A stretch of 61,168 nucleotides of DNA. It comes from a virus. Taxonomy: Duplodnaviria > Caudoviricetes. Below are positions 24,330-35,496 of the stretch, in pieces. The position numbers and the translations under genes are program-made. The notes beneath the pieces are model-generated. The model had not been told where the DNA came from and ran no database searches. It worked only from the letters and a program-made list of their open reading frames with translations. Numbering within the stretch: position 1 is the stretch's first letter; every line of letters begins with the position of its first letter. Location: positions 1-61,168 of the IMG/VR virus record IMGVR_UViG_3300031658_000006, one strand, 5' to 3'.

Positions 24330-27300
24330 AGCTAGGGCGCTGGCTCTTTGGTATACCCATCACCTCATAAATCTCGTCACCGTCTATATTAGTTCCAGTT
24401 GCGAGCTCACCTAAGGCAACGACGGGCTCCATGTTAGCTCCCATCAATAAGCTAGCAAGGGGAATCAGCTTCTCATATGTATCCAGTTTAGAGTTTTCTA
24501 TATTTCTAATTGTATTTACTGTAGCGCTAGCTATAGGGTCAACAACGCCACCTCGCGAAGTACGAGGTACCTTGCCTGTCTCGATATATTCCAATGCTGT
24601 CTCAGCCGCAGTTCCTAAAATTGGAACGCTGTACAATATGTTAAGTCCTATCAAAGAGTCTCTAACTCTCTTCAACCACTCGTCTTTATCCGAGCTGTTA
24701 CCCGCTAGCTTAGCTGCATATGCCGTGCCATAGAAGACCGCGTTGACAAGACCTAGGTTTAAGTACAGCTTCCTGATGTCAGCTCGCTTAGGTGTCTCTC
24801 CTTTAGATACAGACCTACCTATGTTCTTGGTTGACTGCATCACGTTATTCATAAGTAAGAACGTAGCGCTACCGAACATCGTGAACATACGCATAAAGAC
24901 ATTGCGACTCTGTTGTAGTTGGTTACGCTCTGTTTCTCGCTGACTCTGCTGCGTAGCATTGTAGTCATCAAATTTAATAGCCGCCTTCTCTGGAGACATA
25001 CCATTCTTGATGTTCCTCTTGTACGTTACCATATATCCGAGTACACCAAGCAGGTCACCCAATGAAGTGAATCCACCAACCAAAGCCTTCAAGGTCCGTT
25101 TTGTTTTAGACATAAACGTGTACTTATTCTGGTCCATATAAGTAGGTGTCTGACCCCCAGCAAGGCTAGATATGTTACCTTCTTTATAGGTTCTCTTTAC
25201 ACGGTTTCTAAACTCAGGAGATATAGACCGAGCTAATGACACAGGACCGTTGCTCTTCTTTCCTTGCGCCATACGTACAAGGTCTATAGGTACAGCCGCG
25301 TACATGATAGCAGCGTCAAGTAAAAAGGCGGTGAGCTCCACAACCTCCTTACCTGGTTTCACCTCAAGGCTACCCACTTTAAAGCTAGGGTAATTAGGGA
25401 ACGCCTCGTATCCTTCAAAGGATGCCACGAAGGAAGAAGCCTGCTTCCACGTCTGAGCCATCTTAAGTCCGAGAATAGAGCCCACGAACTTCCGTTGGAA
25501 CCAAGCGATAGCCTTAGGTCCTACGACTTGGCCCTGTACAGACGCTGGATTGATAGCGTGGTTGATATGCTCGTTAACTAAATTTTTAATACCAAGAGAC
25601 GTCATCAATATGTCAACTGATTCGAACCCAAATATTGCATTCAGGTCGCGCGTGGTATAAGCAAACGCCTTGAACCGCTCCATAGAATCGAAGTGATTCT
25701 CTAGTAGGTCAGTGAAGTTAAAACTCTGAAGGGGTATCTCTCCCTTAACAGCCGTTCGTTCCTTCAGGGCTGTAGCGAACATAGCATTGAAGACCTTACT
25801 GAAATCTCCTGACTTTATAAGTTCAGCCATATTATCGCTTGATATCTTACGGGTAGGAAAATAGTTTTCTATCTGTGTTAGGTTAAGGTTACTGACGTCT
25901 TTGTAGACCTTATTAATTGACTCGAAGTAATCCTGAGACAGGTACGTCACCATCTTATCCGCGAAGTCTCTCAGCTGCGGCCCTAAGAACTCTTCAATCT
26001 TTTCAATAGGAACGCCCTGCTTCTCTAGCATCTCTCGCTGAACGTCGTTCTTTGAGAGCGAGTACAACCACATAAGCTGTGACTTATTGAACTGATACTT
26101 CTTCCCTTGGATAGTGAACTCAGCTATATCTTCCTTGAGTGGGCTGTAGATGACACGCTCCATCTCTTTGTATCCCTTCGTAATTCCGTTAACTGAGTTG
26201 GCTATCTCATCCATCTTAGCTCGCTGGTCATCCAGCCCCTGTAAGTAATTGCGACGTGATACATTGAGCCTATCGTATACATTCTCCTTAAACCAAGGGG
26301 CCATCTGATTCATCAACGTGCCGAGGTGCTTAACGATATCAAAGTTTGACCTTGCAGATTTCATAAGCTCCGAGTATTGCATCGTGCTCACGTACTGCTT
26401 AACGGCTTCGAACTTCTCCTTGAAGTTTCCTTCCTTATACTGCTTGAGGATGTTGGTACGCTGACGCATAACCTCCTCCTTAGAAAGCGGGTTGCCTTCC
26501 TTATCAAAGAGTATAGGGGCTATACTCTTCACCACGCTATCTGCCTCAACCTTTAAGTCTTCAACCTCCCCTGACCTATTGAGACGCCTTTCACTTAGCA
26601 TAGCCCGTGAAGCGGTGGCCTCTGACTTTATGATAGCTACTGAAGCGCGTACCTCTTCGAGTGTCATGTCGGCTATACTTCCCCACGCATCAAGAGCAAT
26701 AGACTGGTCAAGGGCTTTCTCTTCGGGCAGCGTTAATTCCTGCTTTTCGTTTGCCTCATTCCTATTGTTCTTTACTTTAACCATAGCGCTCTGAAGCACA
26801 TCGCTTTCATTGAGCTTCTGCTGCAAGCTAGTGATTGCGCTCATGCGCATCTGCTTGTTAGGTGAGGCGGCAATAGTAAGTACCCTAGTAAGCGTCTCAA
26901 AGTACAGCTGACCTACCGCATCAAGACCACGCGTGCGCGTCCTTCCGCTGGATGTCTTCGCTTTCTTCGCTTGCTTTTTAGTGTATTTTATCAGGTCATT
27001 TATCACCATCTTCTTCTCAGCCTCTCGCTGCTCGTCAATAGTATTCAATACCTTCTGTGCCTGCGAATAGAAGTTCTTCTCCGTGGTATTGGCTACGATA
27101 GCCAGTAGTCTATTGACCATGCTTCGGTTGATGAGGCCCGTCTGCTTCATCTCCTGCCTGATAAGACGACGCAGCCTAGTCTTGTACTCCTTCAGGTTCT
27201 TGATAGCTGCCTTGCCTTGACGTATGTCATTACGCAGCTGCTTCATCTCACGCGATACATCCTTGTTCGTGGCTACGGATAGCGAGTCGTTCATAGCTAC

Positions 27301-30300
27301 CAACAACTCACGCTGTGTGCTAGGTGACTGCTCGTTGAACGCTTCGTTCTCACGCAGTATCTCCATCGCTTTCTGACGAATCTCCTTGGCTGTCTTCTTC
27401 GTCTTGTTCTCCTCCGTCACCTCAGCGAACTCATTGAGCTGCTGTACTACGCTCTGATAGATAGCCTTACCTGTATCCATACCGCCCTTGACATTACCAA
27501 AGACAGCGGGAACTATGATACTTGGCTGGGTGTACTCTGTTATGCCATCCTTAATAACCTTAGCGTCGTACCCTTGTCGCTTCAGTAGCTCACGGATGGA
27601 TGCGTCTGAGTAGCCTTTAGAGCGCCCGTATTGAATGATATCACTCATCGGTATAGACGCGTCATTAGGTATCATCCTAAGGGACTCAGCTAGCTCCTTC
27701 GACTCCGTGTCTACTCCCTTACTAAAGGAAGCTTCTGGATTCCTAAGTTGATTCAGCTGCTTCTCCGTTAGCTTGATAGCTTTACCACCCATTATGTCAG
27801 CAAGCGCAGTACCTAGGAATGTGTCAAGTGTAAGGTTCTGAATCTCAGTAGAGGATAAATCCTTAGACATCTTGAACGTATCCTTAATGTATGTCCACGC
27901 AGCATTAAGCCACGCTTGGAACTTCTGTTTAAGGGATGCGTTAATGATAGTCTCTCCCTTATTTCCTATAAGGATAGCCATCGTTTCATTTATAGCATTA
28001 GTCCTGGCTTCACTATTGTTTAATCCTTCAGCCTTAAATTTCTCAAACTGACTCTTGTACTCCTCTGTTTGAATAACAAGAGAGGCGCCTTTCTTATAAA
28101 CCTTTTTACCCTTAGGTGTGAGCTGTAAGTAATCGGTCCATACGTGACCGAACTCGTGAACAGCCGTATTGTAAAGAGCCGACTCACTATTATGTACCTC
28201 AGGATTGATGTATATATCTCCTCCTTTAGTTAATCCGTATACCACTTCTCCACCCTTCAGGTACTCTCGAACCCCGTCAGACTTTAATACATTAGAGAAT
28301 GTCTCAGTGTCTGTAGATAAATTTACGCTAGGAAAAGAACGATTTAAAAAATCAAGTACACCTGCTCGTTGGTCAGGCGTTGCGATAACCCCTACGAACT
28401 CTGCGTTAGGTAGACCAGCCTGTACTGGAACCACTTGAGTTAATCTAGAACGTTCACTTCTTTGAGCCCTACCCTTTGTTTCTTGAGCGATACCGATAGA
28501 TACATTATTAGCTACCGTAGGAAACAATTCTACTACAGACTGCGGTTGTTCTAAAACTCCTATTGTTTTACCTCTTGGGCCAACAGGATAGTTAGGGTGG
28601 TTTGTATTTAAAACACCAGGGTTAAGCACGTCAATCCCCTGAACAACAAATACAGAACGCTGAGGAACGCCTTCTAGTTGAGGCTCGGTAATCAAATCTG
28701 TTACCACGCCAGCGTTTAGTAGGCTTACTTGTTCCTTCGTAGGGCTATCACCGAGCAATACTTTAGGTACAGCCTTAGCTTGAGACGGGGTATAGGAGGG
28801 CCTTCTTTTTTTAGCGCCAACCTCATTAGGTTGACCCGTCATAATTAAACCTGTTATAACATTTACTGAGGTAATACCTTTTAAATTAGATAGAGATTCA
28901 GGAGTTAGTAGCTGCTCGATGGTTGTAGGTTTTACTACATCAATCATAGCAAGAACGTCATTAGCATCATTGATATAAGACTTGTACTGCTTGGCGGTTT
29001 CCAAAGCAATACCAGAGTCAATAGCATCCTGCTTAATTTTAATAGATTGTTTGACCGCCTGCTTGAGTTGAGACACCGCTTTCTTACGGCGAGATATAGG
29101 TAGCGACGATATGTTATCGCCAAGAACTCTCACTACTGCTTCGTTACTAAGTATAGAAGCTTGCCCCATCTTAACGATGAACATAGGAACTAATCCATTA
29201 TACTTAGGGTTAGCCTTCCACCAACGAGTAAAGAACTCTTTGTTTTCGTTATATACTTTTGTCGCGCTATCAATCTGACCTTGAGCTTTGTCCTTAGTGA
29301 CGCTAGCCCACGCCATATTTTGGTGACCCTCTACTCCTGTAAACCCAAGACCTCCCTTTAGGTTAGTAATAGTATTTCCTGTTGCGGGGTTTACTACATC
29401 GCCAGTTCTAAGCTGGTCAGAAATATTAAATATACCAGGGACGTCTTGCACCTCACTCACATCTATGGTTGGTAGTGGGTTGTCAAGTCGAGAATTCAAC
29501 TCATCTATATCCACCTTAGTGGCTTTAGCTTCGGTGTCCCTCGGCCTTCCTCTTTGTCTAAGCTCCTCAGCTCTTTGATTAAGAGTATTTCGTTTAGCAA
29601 CAGTAAGGGTTTTACCCTTGTCGTCTTTGTTTAATTCTATTGTCGCTTCTATATCTGCTATCTCCTGAGATTGTTGTGACTCAATTTGAGCCCCCGTCTC
29701 ATTCATAGCGTCAAGTATAGCTAGGGTCTCTGCGTCTTTCTCATCTAAAGAAATTCCCAGTGAATTCTCTTTCAACCTAAACCTAGCTGGGTTGTTCTGC
29801 GCGTCTTTCTTAAACTTATCTAGTGACTTAGTTAGCTCAGAAACCTTACCCTCCTTCTTCGCTTCAGACAACTTCGTGTCCTTCCTCACCTTAGCTATCT
29901 CCTCCTTTACCTTCTTCGTCTCCTTATCTATCGCTGCCTTTATCCTCTCGTCAGCCTGAGCTTTCGCTACCGCAGCTGGTGACACACCTATTTCCTTTCT
30001 ATTACCTAACGCCTTCTGACTTTCCCTTTCCGCAGCTTCTCTCTTCTCCTTTTTTAATCTAATAACTTTAGCTTTAGATGCTGCGCTTACCCGTCCGTAG
30101 TAAGACTCGTCGCTCTCTCCTTTCTTTCTATTGACCTCGCCCTCTACCTTTACAGCCGCAGCCTTCTTCTTAACCTTAGATTCTGCCGTCGGCTTCGACA
30201 CAGTTTCTTCTACCGCGACTTCTTCTACTACAGGGGCGGCCTTCTTCTTAGGAGCGGCCTTCACAGGGGCGGCCTCTTCTACTACTGCTTCAGGCGCAGC

Positions 30301-33300
30301 CTTCTTCTTAGGCGCAGCCTTCTTCTTAGGCGCAGCCTTCTTCTTAGGCGCAGCCTCTTCTACCGCGACTTCTTCTACTACAGGGGCAGCCTCCTCAACA
30401 GGCGCAGCCTCCTCAACTACGTCAACGTCAGGGGCTAAACCAATACCTAACTCAGACTCAAGGTCAGAGACCTCACCCTCTAGGGTTTCGACTTCTTCTG
30501 GGGTAGGTTCTTGTTGTCGGGATACTTCTTCTTCCACCTCTTGTATATCTGAGGGTGATTGATTTTCAGAAATGTCTCCTGGGCTTTGCTCTTGAACGGC
30601 ATCTGGCTCTAGGGTTTGTTTAATTAACTCAACTACCTCAACGTCGTTACGCACAGCATAGCCCTGCTTCTCTAGCTTAGCTTTCTGCGGTGGTGTCATG
30701 TCCGTGATGTGCTCTATGAATTGAGCACGGGTCATGAATTTCTTTCCGACCTTGTACAAAGGGACATCAGGCTTACGAAGCAACTCAGGAATCAAGGCGT
30801 CAATTTTAACACCGTCCTTAGGTATCTTCTTCGTTAATCCTATCTGACCAATCTCTTTATTTATCTCAGATATCTCACTAGAGAAGGCTTCTTTATTCGC
30901 CTCAGACAACTGCTTCTTAGCTTCATCTAAAGCCATCAGACGTGACACCACCTCAGGAGAGGACGTGCGAGAACGCTTGGGCCCCACACCCAATGTCTTC
31001 AACGCATTACGGCGAGCACCCACGTTCTCTAGGATACGTTGCTCTGTCTCTGCATCTATCTTACCGAGCTTACTCATATTGGTAGCCCAGTCGTTGATAC
31101 GCTGGTCAGATGCCTTCTCTGAGGCGATATAATTTATGTCCGTCAACTGATGCGCTACCGATAGGTCTGAACTGTTACGTGTATCTACGTACATATTTAT
31201 GGCAGCGTTAGGCATTGACATACCCAAGTGACCAAAAACTTCATCGACTACCTCCTTCCAATTTACCTCCTGACCTGAGAGAACCTGAGCTGACAACTCA
31301 CCCGTTCCTTCTATTAAAGGACCTACTGTAACTGATTCTACTAACATAGCAGCTGAAGTCGCTGCGGCAGAGGACAGCCGTGGAACAAGTTTCGTTAGGA
31401 CCCTGCCCGCTGCTACTCCACCGAGTATATTAAATCCACCGATAACTGCCCCACGTATCTTACCGACACGCCTTCCTTCCTCCATCACCTGCTCATTATT
31501 AAGAGCCTCCATTACCTGAGAGGGGTCGGATATGTTGTAACCAGACTCACGCATAGAGTCTAGAATAGCATTGGTGTACTCAAGGGCAGCTCCTGCCAAT
31601 CCTTGTCCAGCAATAAGACCTCTACCAGCACCTGTAGTAGCACCAAGTAATGCACCTGGAACAGCGCCCACGCCACCAGCAACTGAGCCAGAAGCGGCGC
31701 CAATACCAGCACCTGTAGCAGCACCTGTAGCTATAGCAGCAGGAACAATCTTCATCCCCAGTGGCATTAGCATAGTAAGTGACGACGCCACGAGACCAGA
31801 TATATATTCTACTGGGTCATCAGTAAAAGCAGAACCCCACTCCTTAGCTCCAACAGCGTTATGCAGACGAGACATGACACGCGTTTGACCTGGCTTCATC
31901 TGAGACATACGCTCAGAGATAATAGCTGCCGCCTCCTCCTGATTCTCTGGCATCATACCTGACATCTCGTATGCCATTATAGCTTCGGCTGCCCACCCCG
32001 TGTTCCATGCGTTAGACACGCCCTCGGTAAAACCCTGCCAGTTCTCAGTGAACTCAGCGTATACATTCTTGTCGTGCTTAGCGTCTAAGTAAGTCTTCGC
32101 TTGGTCATACTTTAGAGCAGATAACTGCTGTATATCTTTAACAGTATTAAATTCAGCGATTAGATTATTAGCATACTCACGCTCCTGCTCATTCTTAGGC
32201 TCGTATTTTACTAGCTCCTCCACGGGTATACCGAACGAAGCCATAGAATTCTTCTGAATAGCTGCCTCTTTAGCGAGTGATGATTGATTAATACTAGCCG
32301 CCTGACCAGCTATTTTATTCTGACGCTGGTTGAGGTATACATCGAAGTCCTCACGTGCTGTCATAGCCTCGTCATCCATAACCGCATCGAAGAGGGTGTC
32401 CTCTCGCTGCTCGATAGAATCCACATAGCTCTCTACGTCTTTACGTAGTACGCCGTTAGTGTAGTGCTGGCTATACAAAGCCTTCTCTTCTTCATCAAGA
32501 GATTCTAACTCAACGTTGTCACTGTCCTCTAAGAAGATACGCTCGTCACGTAAAGCCTCGTACTCCTGTAGTGCTGCTTGGTCAGAGCCATAATCTCTAT
32601 TCTTTTCACGAAAGAAATGCTGAGCTTCAATCTCTACAGGGGCCACGTCCTTCCAGCTGCCCTCAGCAAAAGCATTAGCCTCCTCCTCAGTGTCAAAACT
32701 AAATACCTCACCACGCGATTCAGCTGTTTGGATAGCTTCGTCCGTACCCAACCTCATCCACGTTCTACCGTCTGAGTTGTAGTTGTCAGGGTTGATAGGG
32801 AATAGAGTAGGCGCCACCTTGTACTGCCCGTCTTGCTCGTACGACATAAACTCCACCGTGGATTCGGTGCCGTCGTTATTACGCATAGCTTCCCCCCTCA
32901 TATTCTGAGCACGGTAAGCTTTGTCCAGTACGTTGTCGGTCTCTAACTCTACAGGTGCGGTAGCGTTAGCATTCATAAACTGACGTAGACGCTGCGATTC
33001 TACCTCAGCCCCTGCATCAGTAAAAGTGTCAAGGTCCACATCGATAGAGGCGCTACCGTCGGTAGTGGTGACGGACATTGCATCGCCGATACCTGATTCG
33101 TTGAAAGTAAATCCATACTTACCAAACTCTTTACGCATATCAGGAACCACCTGCTCCTCCTCCTGAGCTATAAGGCCAGGGGTTACTACGTCGATAGACT
33201 CAGATAGGCTAGGCGCCTGGTCAACGAGTTGAACGGACGGCTCCAAAGAACCATCGTCCAATGACGAATCCATAGGCTCGTCTTTTTTTTTTAAGCCCAT

Positions 33301-33474
33301 CAAGGCTTGGTAGTCATCTATACTCTTGGAATAACCACCCCCTTGAAACAAGTCGTAAGAATCTTGAAGAGCTTGAGGGTTTGTATTGATAAGCTCTACA
33401 AACTCATCGAAAGATTTGGCGTAGCCCCCTGTCTTAAACAACTCGTACGAGTCCTTAACTGCTTGTTCGTTCAT
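24328..33474 (-). CDS. Giant ejection / polyvalent virion protein with a zincin (HEFGH) metallopeptidase motif
   Basis: 3048 aa; last gene of the virion operon; Gly/Ala-rich membrane-like segment, AAPKKK/EEAAP repeats, HEFGH at 28144-28158. Confidence 0.75.
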   Translation of the reverse strand: MNEQAVKDSYELFKTGGYAKSFDEFVELINTNPQALQDSYDLFQGGGYSKSIDDYQALMGLKKKDEPMDSSLDDGSLEPSVQLVDQAPSLSESIDVVTPGLIAQEEEQVVPDMRKEFGKYGFTFNESGIGDAMSVTTTDGSASIDVDLDTFTDAGAEVESQRLRQFMNANATAPVELETDNVLDKAYRAQNMRGEAMRNNDGTESTVEFMSYEQDGQYKVAPTLFPINPDNYNSDGRTWMRLGTDEAIQTAESRGEVFSFDTEEEANAFAEGSWKDVAPVEIEAQHFFREKNRDYGSDQAALQEYEALRDERIFLEDSDNVELESLDEEEKALYSQHYTNGVLRKDVESYVDSIEQREDTLFDAVMDDEAMTAREDFDVYLNQRQNKIAGQAASINQSSLAKEAAIQKNSMASFGIPVEELVKYEPKNEQEREYANNLIAEFNTVKDIQQLSALKYDQAKTYLDAKHDKNVYAEFTENWQGFTEGVSNAWNTGWAAEAIMAYEMSGMMPENQEEAAAIISERMSQMKPGQTRVMSRLHNAVGAKEWGSAFTDDPVEYISGLVASSLTMLMPLGMKIVPAAIATGAATGAGIGAASGSVAGGVGAVPGALLGATTGAGRGLIAGQGLAGAALEYTNAILDSMRESGYNISDPSQVMEALNNEQVMEEGRRVGKIRGAVIGGFNILGGVAAGRVLTKLVPRLSSAAATSAAMLVESVTVGPLIEGTGELSAQVLSGQEVNWKEVVDEVFGHLGMSMPNAAINMYVDTRNSSDLSVAHQLTDINYIASEKASDQRINDWATNMSKLGKIDAETEQRILENVGARRNALKTLGVGPKRSRTSSPEVVSRLMALDEAKKQLSEANKEAFSSEISEINKEIGQIGLTKKIPKDGVKIDALIPELLRKPDVPLYKVGKKFMTRAQFIEHITDMTPPQKAKLEKQGYAVRNDVEVVELIKQTLEPDAVQEQSPGDISENQSPSDIQEVEEEVSRQQEPTPEEVETLEGEVSDLESELGIGLAPDVDVVEEAAPVEEAAPVVEEVAVEEAAPKKKAAPKKKAAPKKKAAPEAVVEEAAPVKAAPKKKAAPVVEEVAVEETVSKPTAESKVKKKAAAVKVEGEVNRKKGESDESYYGRVSAASKAKVIRLKKEKREAAERESQKALGNRKEIGVSPAAVAKAQADERIKAAIDKETKKVKEEIAKVRKDTKLSEAKKEGKVSELTKSLDKFKKDAQNNPARFRLKENSLGISLDEKDAETLAILDAMNETGAQIESQQSQEIADIEATIELNKDDKGKTLTVAKRNTLNQRAEELRQRGRPRDTEAKATKVDIDELNSRLDNPLPTIDVSEVQDVPGIFNISDQLRTGDVVNPATGNTITNLKGGLGFTGVEGHQNMAWASVTKDKAQGQIDSATKVYNENKEFFTRWWKANPKYNGLVPMFIVKMGQASILSNEAVVRVLGDNISSLPISRRKKAVSQLKQAVKQSIKIKQDAIDSGIALETAKQYKSYINDANDVLAMIDVVKPTTIEQLLTPESLSNLKGITSVNVITGLIMTGQPNEVGAKKRRPSYTPSQAKAVPKVLLGDSPTKEQVSLLNAGVVTDLITEPQLEGVPQRSVFVVQGIDVLNPGVLNTNHPNYPVGPRGKTIGVLEQPQSVVELFPTVANNVSIGIAQETKGRAQRSERSRLTQVVPVQAGLPNAEFVGVIATPDQRAGVLDFLNRSFPSVNLSTDTETFSNVLKSDGVREYLKGGEVVYGLTKGGDIYINPEVHNSESALYNTAVHEFGHVWTDYLQLTPKGKKVYKKGASLVIQTEEYKSQFEKFKAEGLNNSEARTNAINETMAILIGNKGETIINASLKQKFQAWLNAAWTYIKDTFKMSKDLSSTEIQNLTLDTFLGTALADIMGGKAIKLTEKQLNQLRNPEASFSKGVDTESKELAESLRMIPNDASIPMSDIIQYGRSKGYSDASIRELLKRQGYDAKVIKDGITEYTQPSIIVPAVFGNVKGGMDTGKAIYQSVVQQLNEFAEVTEENKTKKTAKEIRQKAMEILRENEAFNEQSPSTQRELLVAMNDSLSVATNKDVSREMKQLRNDIRQGKAAIKNLKEYKTRLRRLIRQEMKQTGLINRSMVNRLLAIVANTTEKNFYSQAQKVLNTIDEQREAEKKMVINDLIKYTKKQAKKAKTSSGRTRTRGLDAVGQLYFETLTRVLTIAASPNKQMRMSAITSLQQKLNESDVLQSAMVKVKNNRNEANEKQELTLPEEKALDQSIALDAWGSIADMTLEEVRASVAIIKSEATASRAMLSERRLNRSGEVEDLKVEADSVVKSIAPILFDKEGNPLSKEEVMRQRTNILKQYKEGNFKEKFEAVKQYVSTMQYSELMKSARSNFDIVKHLGTLMNQMAPWFKENVYDRLNVSRRNYLQGLDDQRAKMDEIANSVNGITKGYKEMERVIYSPLKEDIAEFTIQGKKYQFNKSQLMWLYSLSKNDVQREMLEKQGVPIEKIEEFLGPQLRDFADKMVTYLSQDYFESINKVYKDVSNLNLTQIENYFPTRKISSDNMAELIKSGDFSKVFNAMFATALKERTAVKGEIPLQSFNFTDLLENHFDSMERFKAFAYTTRDLNAIFGFESVDILMTSLGIKNLVNEHINHAINPASVQGQVVGPKAIAWFQRKFVGSILGLKMAQTWKQASSFVASFEGYEAFPNYPSFKVGSLEVKPGKEVVELTAFLLDAAIMYAAVPIDLVRMAQGKKSNGPVSLARSISPEFRNRVKRTYKEGNISSLAGGQTPTYMDQNKYTFMSKTKRTLKALVGGFTSLGDLLGVLGYMVTYKRNIKNGMSPEKAAIKFDDYNATQQSQRETERNQLQQSRNVFMRMFTMFGSATFLLMNNVMQSTKNIGRSVSKGETPKRADIRKLYLNLGLVNAVFYGTAYAAKLAGNSSDKDEWLKRVRDSLIGLNILYSVPILGTAAETALEYIETGKVPRTSRGGVVDPIASATVNTIRNIENSKLDTYEKLIPLASLLMGANMEPVVALGELATGTNIDGDEIYEVMGIPKSQRPS

Positions 33475-33483
33475 GACTATTGA

Positions 33484-35496
33484 TTAATATCCACTTGTAT
33501 CCCTAGTACCGTTTGGGTTGGTCGTAGCTGGTGCTCCAGACGCGCCAGGCGCTCCGAACTTTCCTCGTCTAGCCTCTCTAACTTTTTCGTTATTGTAGGC
33601 ATCGAACGTGCCTCCATCAAAGATAGAACGAAAGTCCTCCGTGGTACGAGACACACCAGATTTAGCGGCGTCAAGAACCATCTTGTTTACCTCTTCCATT
33701 GTTGACTTAGGAACATCTCCATCATCAGGGATATATATAGGCTCCGTCATTACGCTAGGCACAAAGTATTCGATAGCGTCATTGTCGTTTCCTAACAGCC
33801 CTTCACTACTAGGGATGTCGTTTTCATTTACAAACCTAACAGTGGACTGAAGGCCCGCTGTAGCTAGAGCTGACTGAGCAGCCGTAGCCATGACTGAGAA
33901 CTCAGGGTCCTCAGGGTTCTCCCCTAGTGCCTCATTGTATGCATTACGTGGAGACTTCTTGGACTTACCAACCACCTCATCGTAGCCTGTTATCTGAGTG
34001 GGTGCGTCAGTAATTCCAGCCCTCGTACCAGCGAAATCCTTATTAACCATAGTAGATGAGGGGTCGCCACCACCTGAACGCTCCATCACCTCGGTCACAT
34101 TGCTCACCCCATGAACAGTGTTACCCAACTCAGCCCACTGCTGAAGAGTTACATCCTCTGGTAGATTGATTGTACGAGAGGTGCCGTTACTATAGGTAAC
34201 GGTATACTGTCCGTCGGTTGTAAAGTCAAGGTCTCTTATATCCCTACTTACCGCGCCTGGTTCGCTCAACGCTTTATCAGCTGCCATCTGCCGCTCTTCA
34301 GCGCTGGTCGCGTTAAAGATTTGATTCCATGAACCCACCGCCTGGTCCTCAATCTTTTCTGAGCCTGACCGAGCTTCAGCTTGAGAGCTTTTCTCCCACC
34401 ACTTCTCAGGGCGGGCTGTCTCTTTCTCGTCGAGCATACCACGTAAGCGATTGGTCACCGTCTCCTTAGCCATATCCATCTGGCTCACTCGGTTGGCGTT
34501 AATCTTATCGGCCATCTCCTGTGTGACAGGAGGGACGGCGTCAAGGTTGGCTTTAATCTCTACGTCGAACCCTGGCATGGGCGGCCCCGCACTTGGTTGA
34601 GATGGGTTATCTATCAATAATATTTTAGAGGGGTCGTTAGCTGCTTCCTCAAAATCAGAAGTAAATCCAAACGGAGTGCCCTCATCATTAACCTTACGGT
34701 TCATCGTTAAGATTGAGCTTACGTTAGTAGGGATAGATAGCTGTTCATTGACTAGGTCACGCTCCATATTCAGGTACTCAGGGCTGTTCATAGCAGACTC
34801 AAGGGTCTTTACATTACCCTTCATCATTACCTTAACCTTAGACCCTAGGTTATCCACGCTAGAAGATAAAGCTCCCTCCATATCGAAGGCATCGTAGTTA
34901 GCTTTCATACGCATCTTAAGGGCGTTAACCCTTAACCTATCGTTAGGGCTAGTAGACATCTCCTGTACTCCCGTATCAGGATTGGTTATCATTTTAGCTG
35001 CGCTTACCTGCCCATTAGCGGGGTCAATAAAAAGGCTTGTGCTACTAAAGTTACCGAAGCCCTCTGATGTAGCCATTAGGTATTGCTCAAGAGGTTGAGA
35101 CTCACCGTTCTTAGCTCGCTCCATCTTCTCCCCGTATACCGTTTGGTATTCCTTCGCCATACTAAACGCATCCTTAGTTCCCTGCTCTAGGTTGGCTCTG
35201 ATATTGGTGTAGTCACTGACATTCATCTGCCCCGACTTCAGGAGATTTTCCGTGATAAGGGCGTACTCAGACAGGTCATTAGAGTACTTAGTTACATAGC
35301 GGTTGGCGTCCTGGTTCTCTCCTAGCGGAGGGCTAGCAAACATCTCGGCCTGCTCTCTAGCTTTCTGGTCCAGGTCGGCCTTCATACCATCGCGAATACC
35401 ACGCTCAGTGGCAATCATCTTGGACATATCCTCCCCTACTTTACCCCAGTCTACCTGAGTAGCAGCACTCCTCTGAGCTCTGTTATAGTAAGTCAT
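33484..35496 (-). CDS. Internal virion / ejection protein
   Basis: Position between the small and giant ejection genes; VDWG..G N-terminal motif. Confidence 0.65.
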   Translation of the reverse strand: MTYYNRAQRSAATQVDWGKVGEDMSKMIATERGIRDGMKADLDQKAREQAEMFASPPLGENQDANRYVTKYSNDLSEYALITENLLKSGQMNVSDYTNIRANLEQGTKDAFSMAKEYQTVYGEKMERAKNGESQPLEQYLMATSEGFGNFSSTSLFIDPANGQVSAAKMITNPDTGVQEMSTSPNDRLRVNALKMRMKANYDAFDMEGALSSSVDNLGSKVKVMMKGNVKTLESAMNSPEYLNMERDLVNEQLSIPTNVSSILTMNRKVNDEGTPFGFTSDFEEAANDPSKILLIDNPSQPSAGPPMPGFDVEIKANLDAVPPVTQEMADKINANRVSQMDMAKETVTNRLRGMLDEKETARPEKWWEKSSQAEARSGSEKIEDQAVGSWNQIFNATSAEERQMAADKALSEPGAVSRDIRDLDFTTDGQYTVTYSNGTSRTINLPEDVTLQQWAELGNTVHGVSNVTEVMERSGGGDPSSTMVNKDFAGTRAGITDAPTQITGYDEVVGKSKKSPRNAYNEALGENPEDPEFSVMATAAQSALATAGLQSTVRFVNENDIPSSEGLLGNDNDAIEYFVPSVMTEPIYIPDDGDVPKSTMEEVNKMVLDAAKSGVSRTTEDFRSIFDGGTFDAYNNEKVREARRGKFGAPGASGAPATTNPNGTRDTSGY

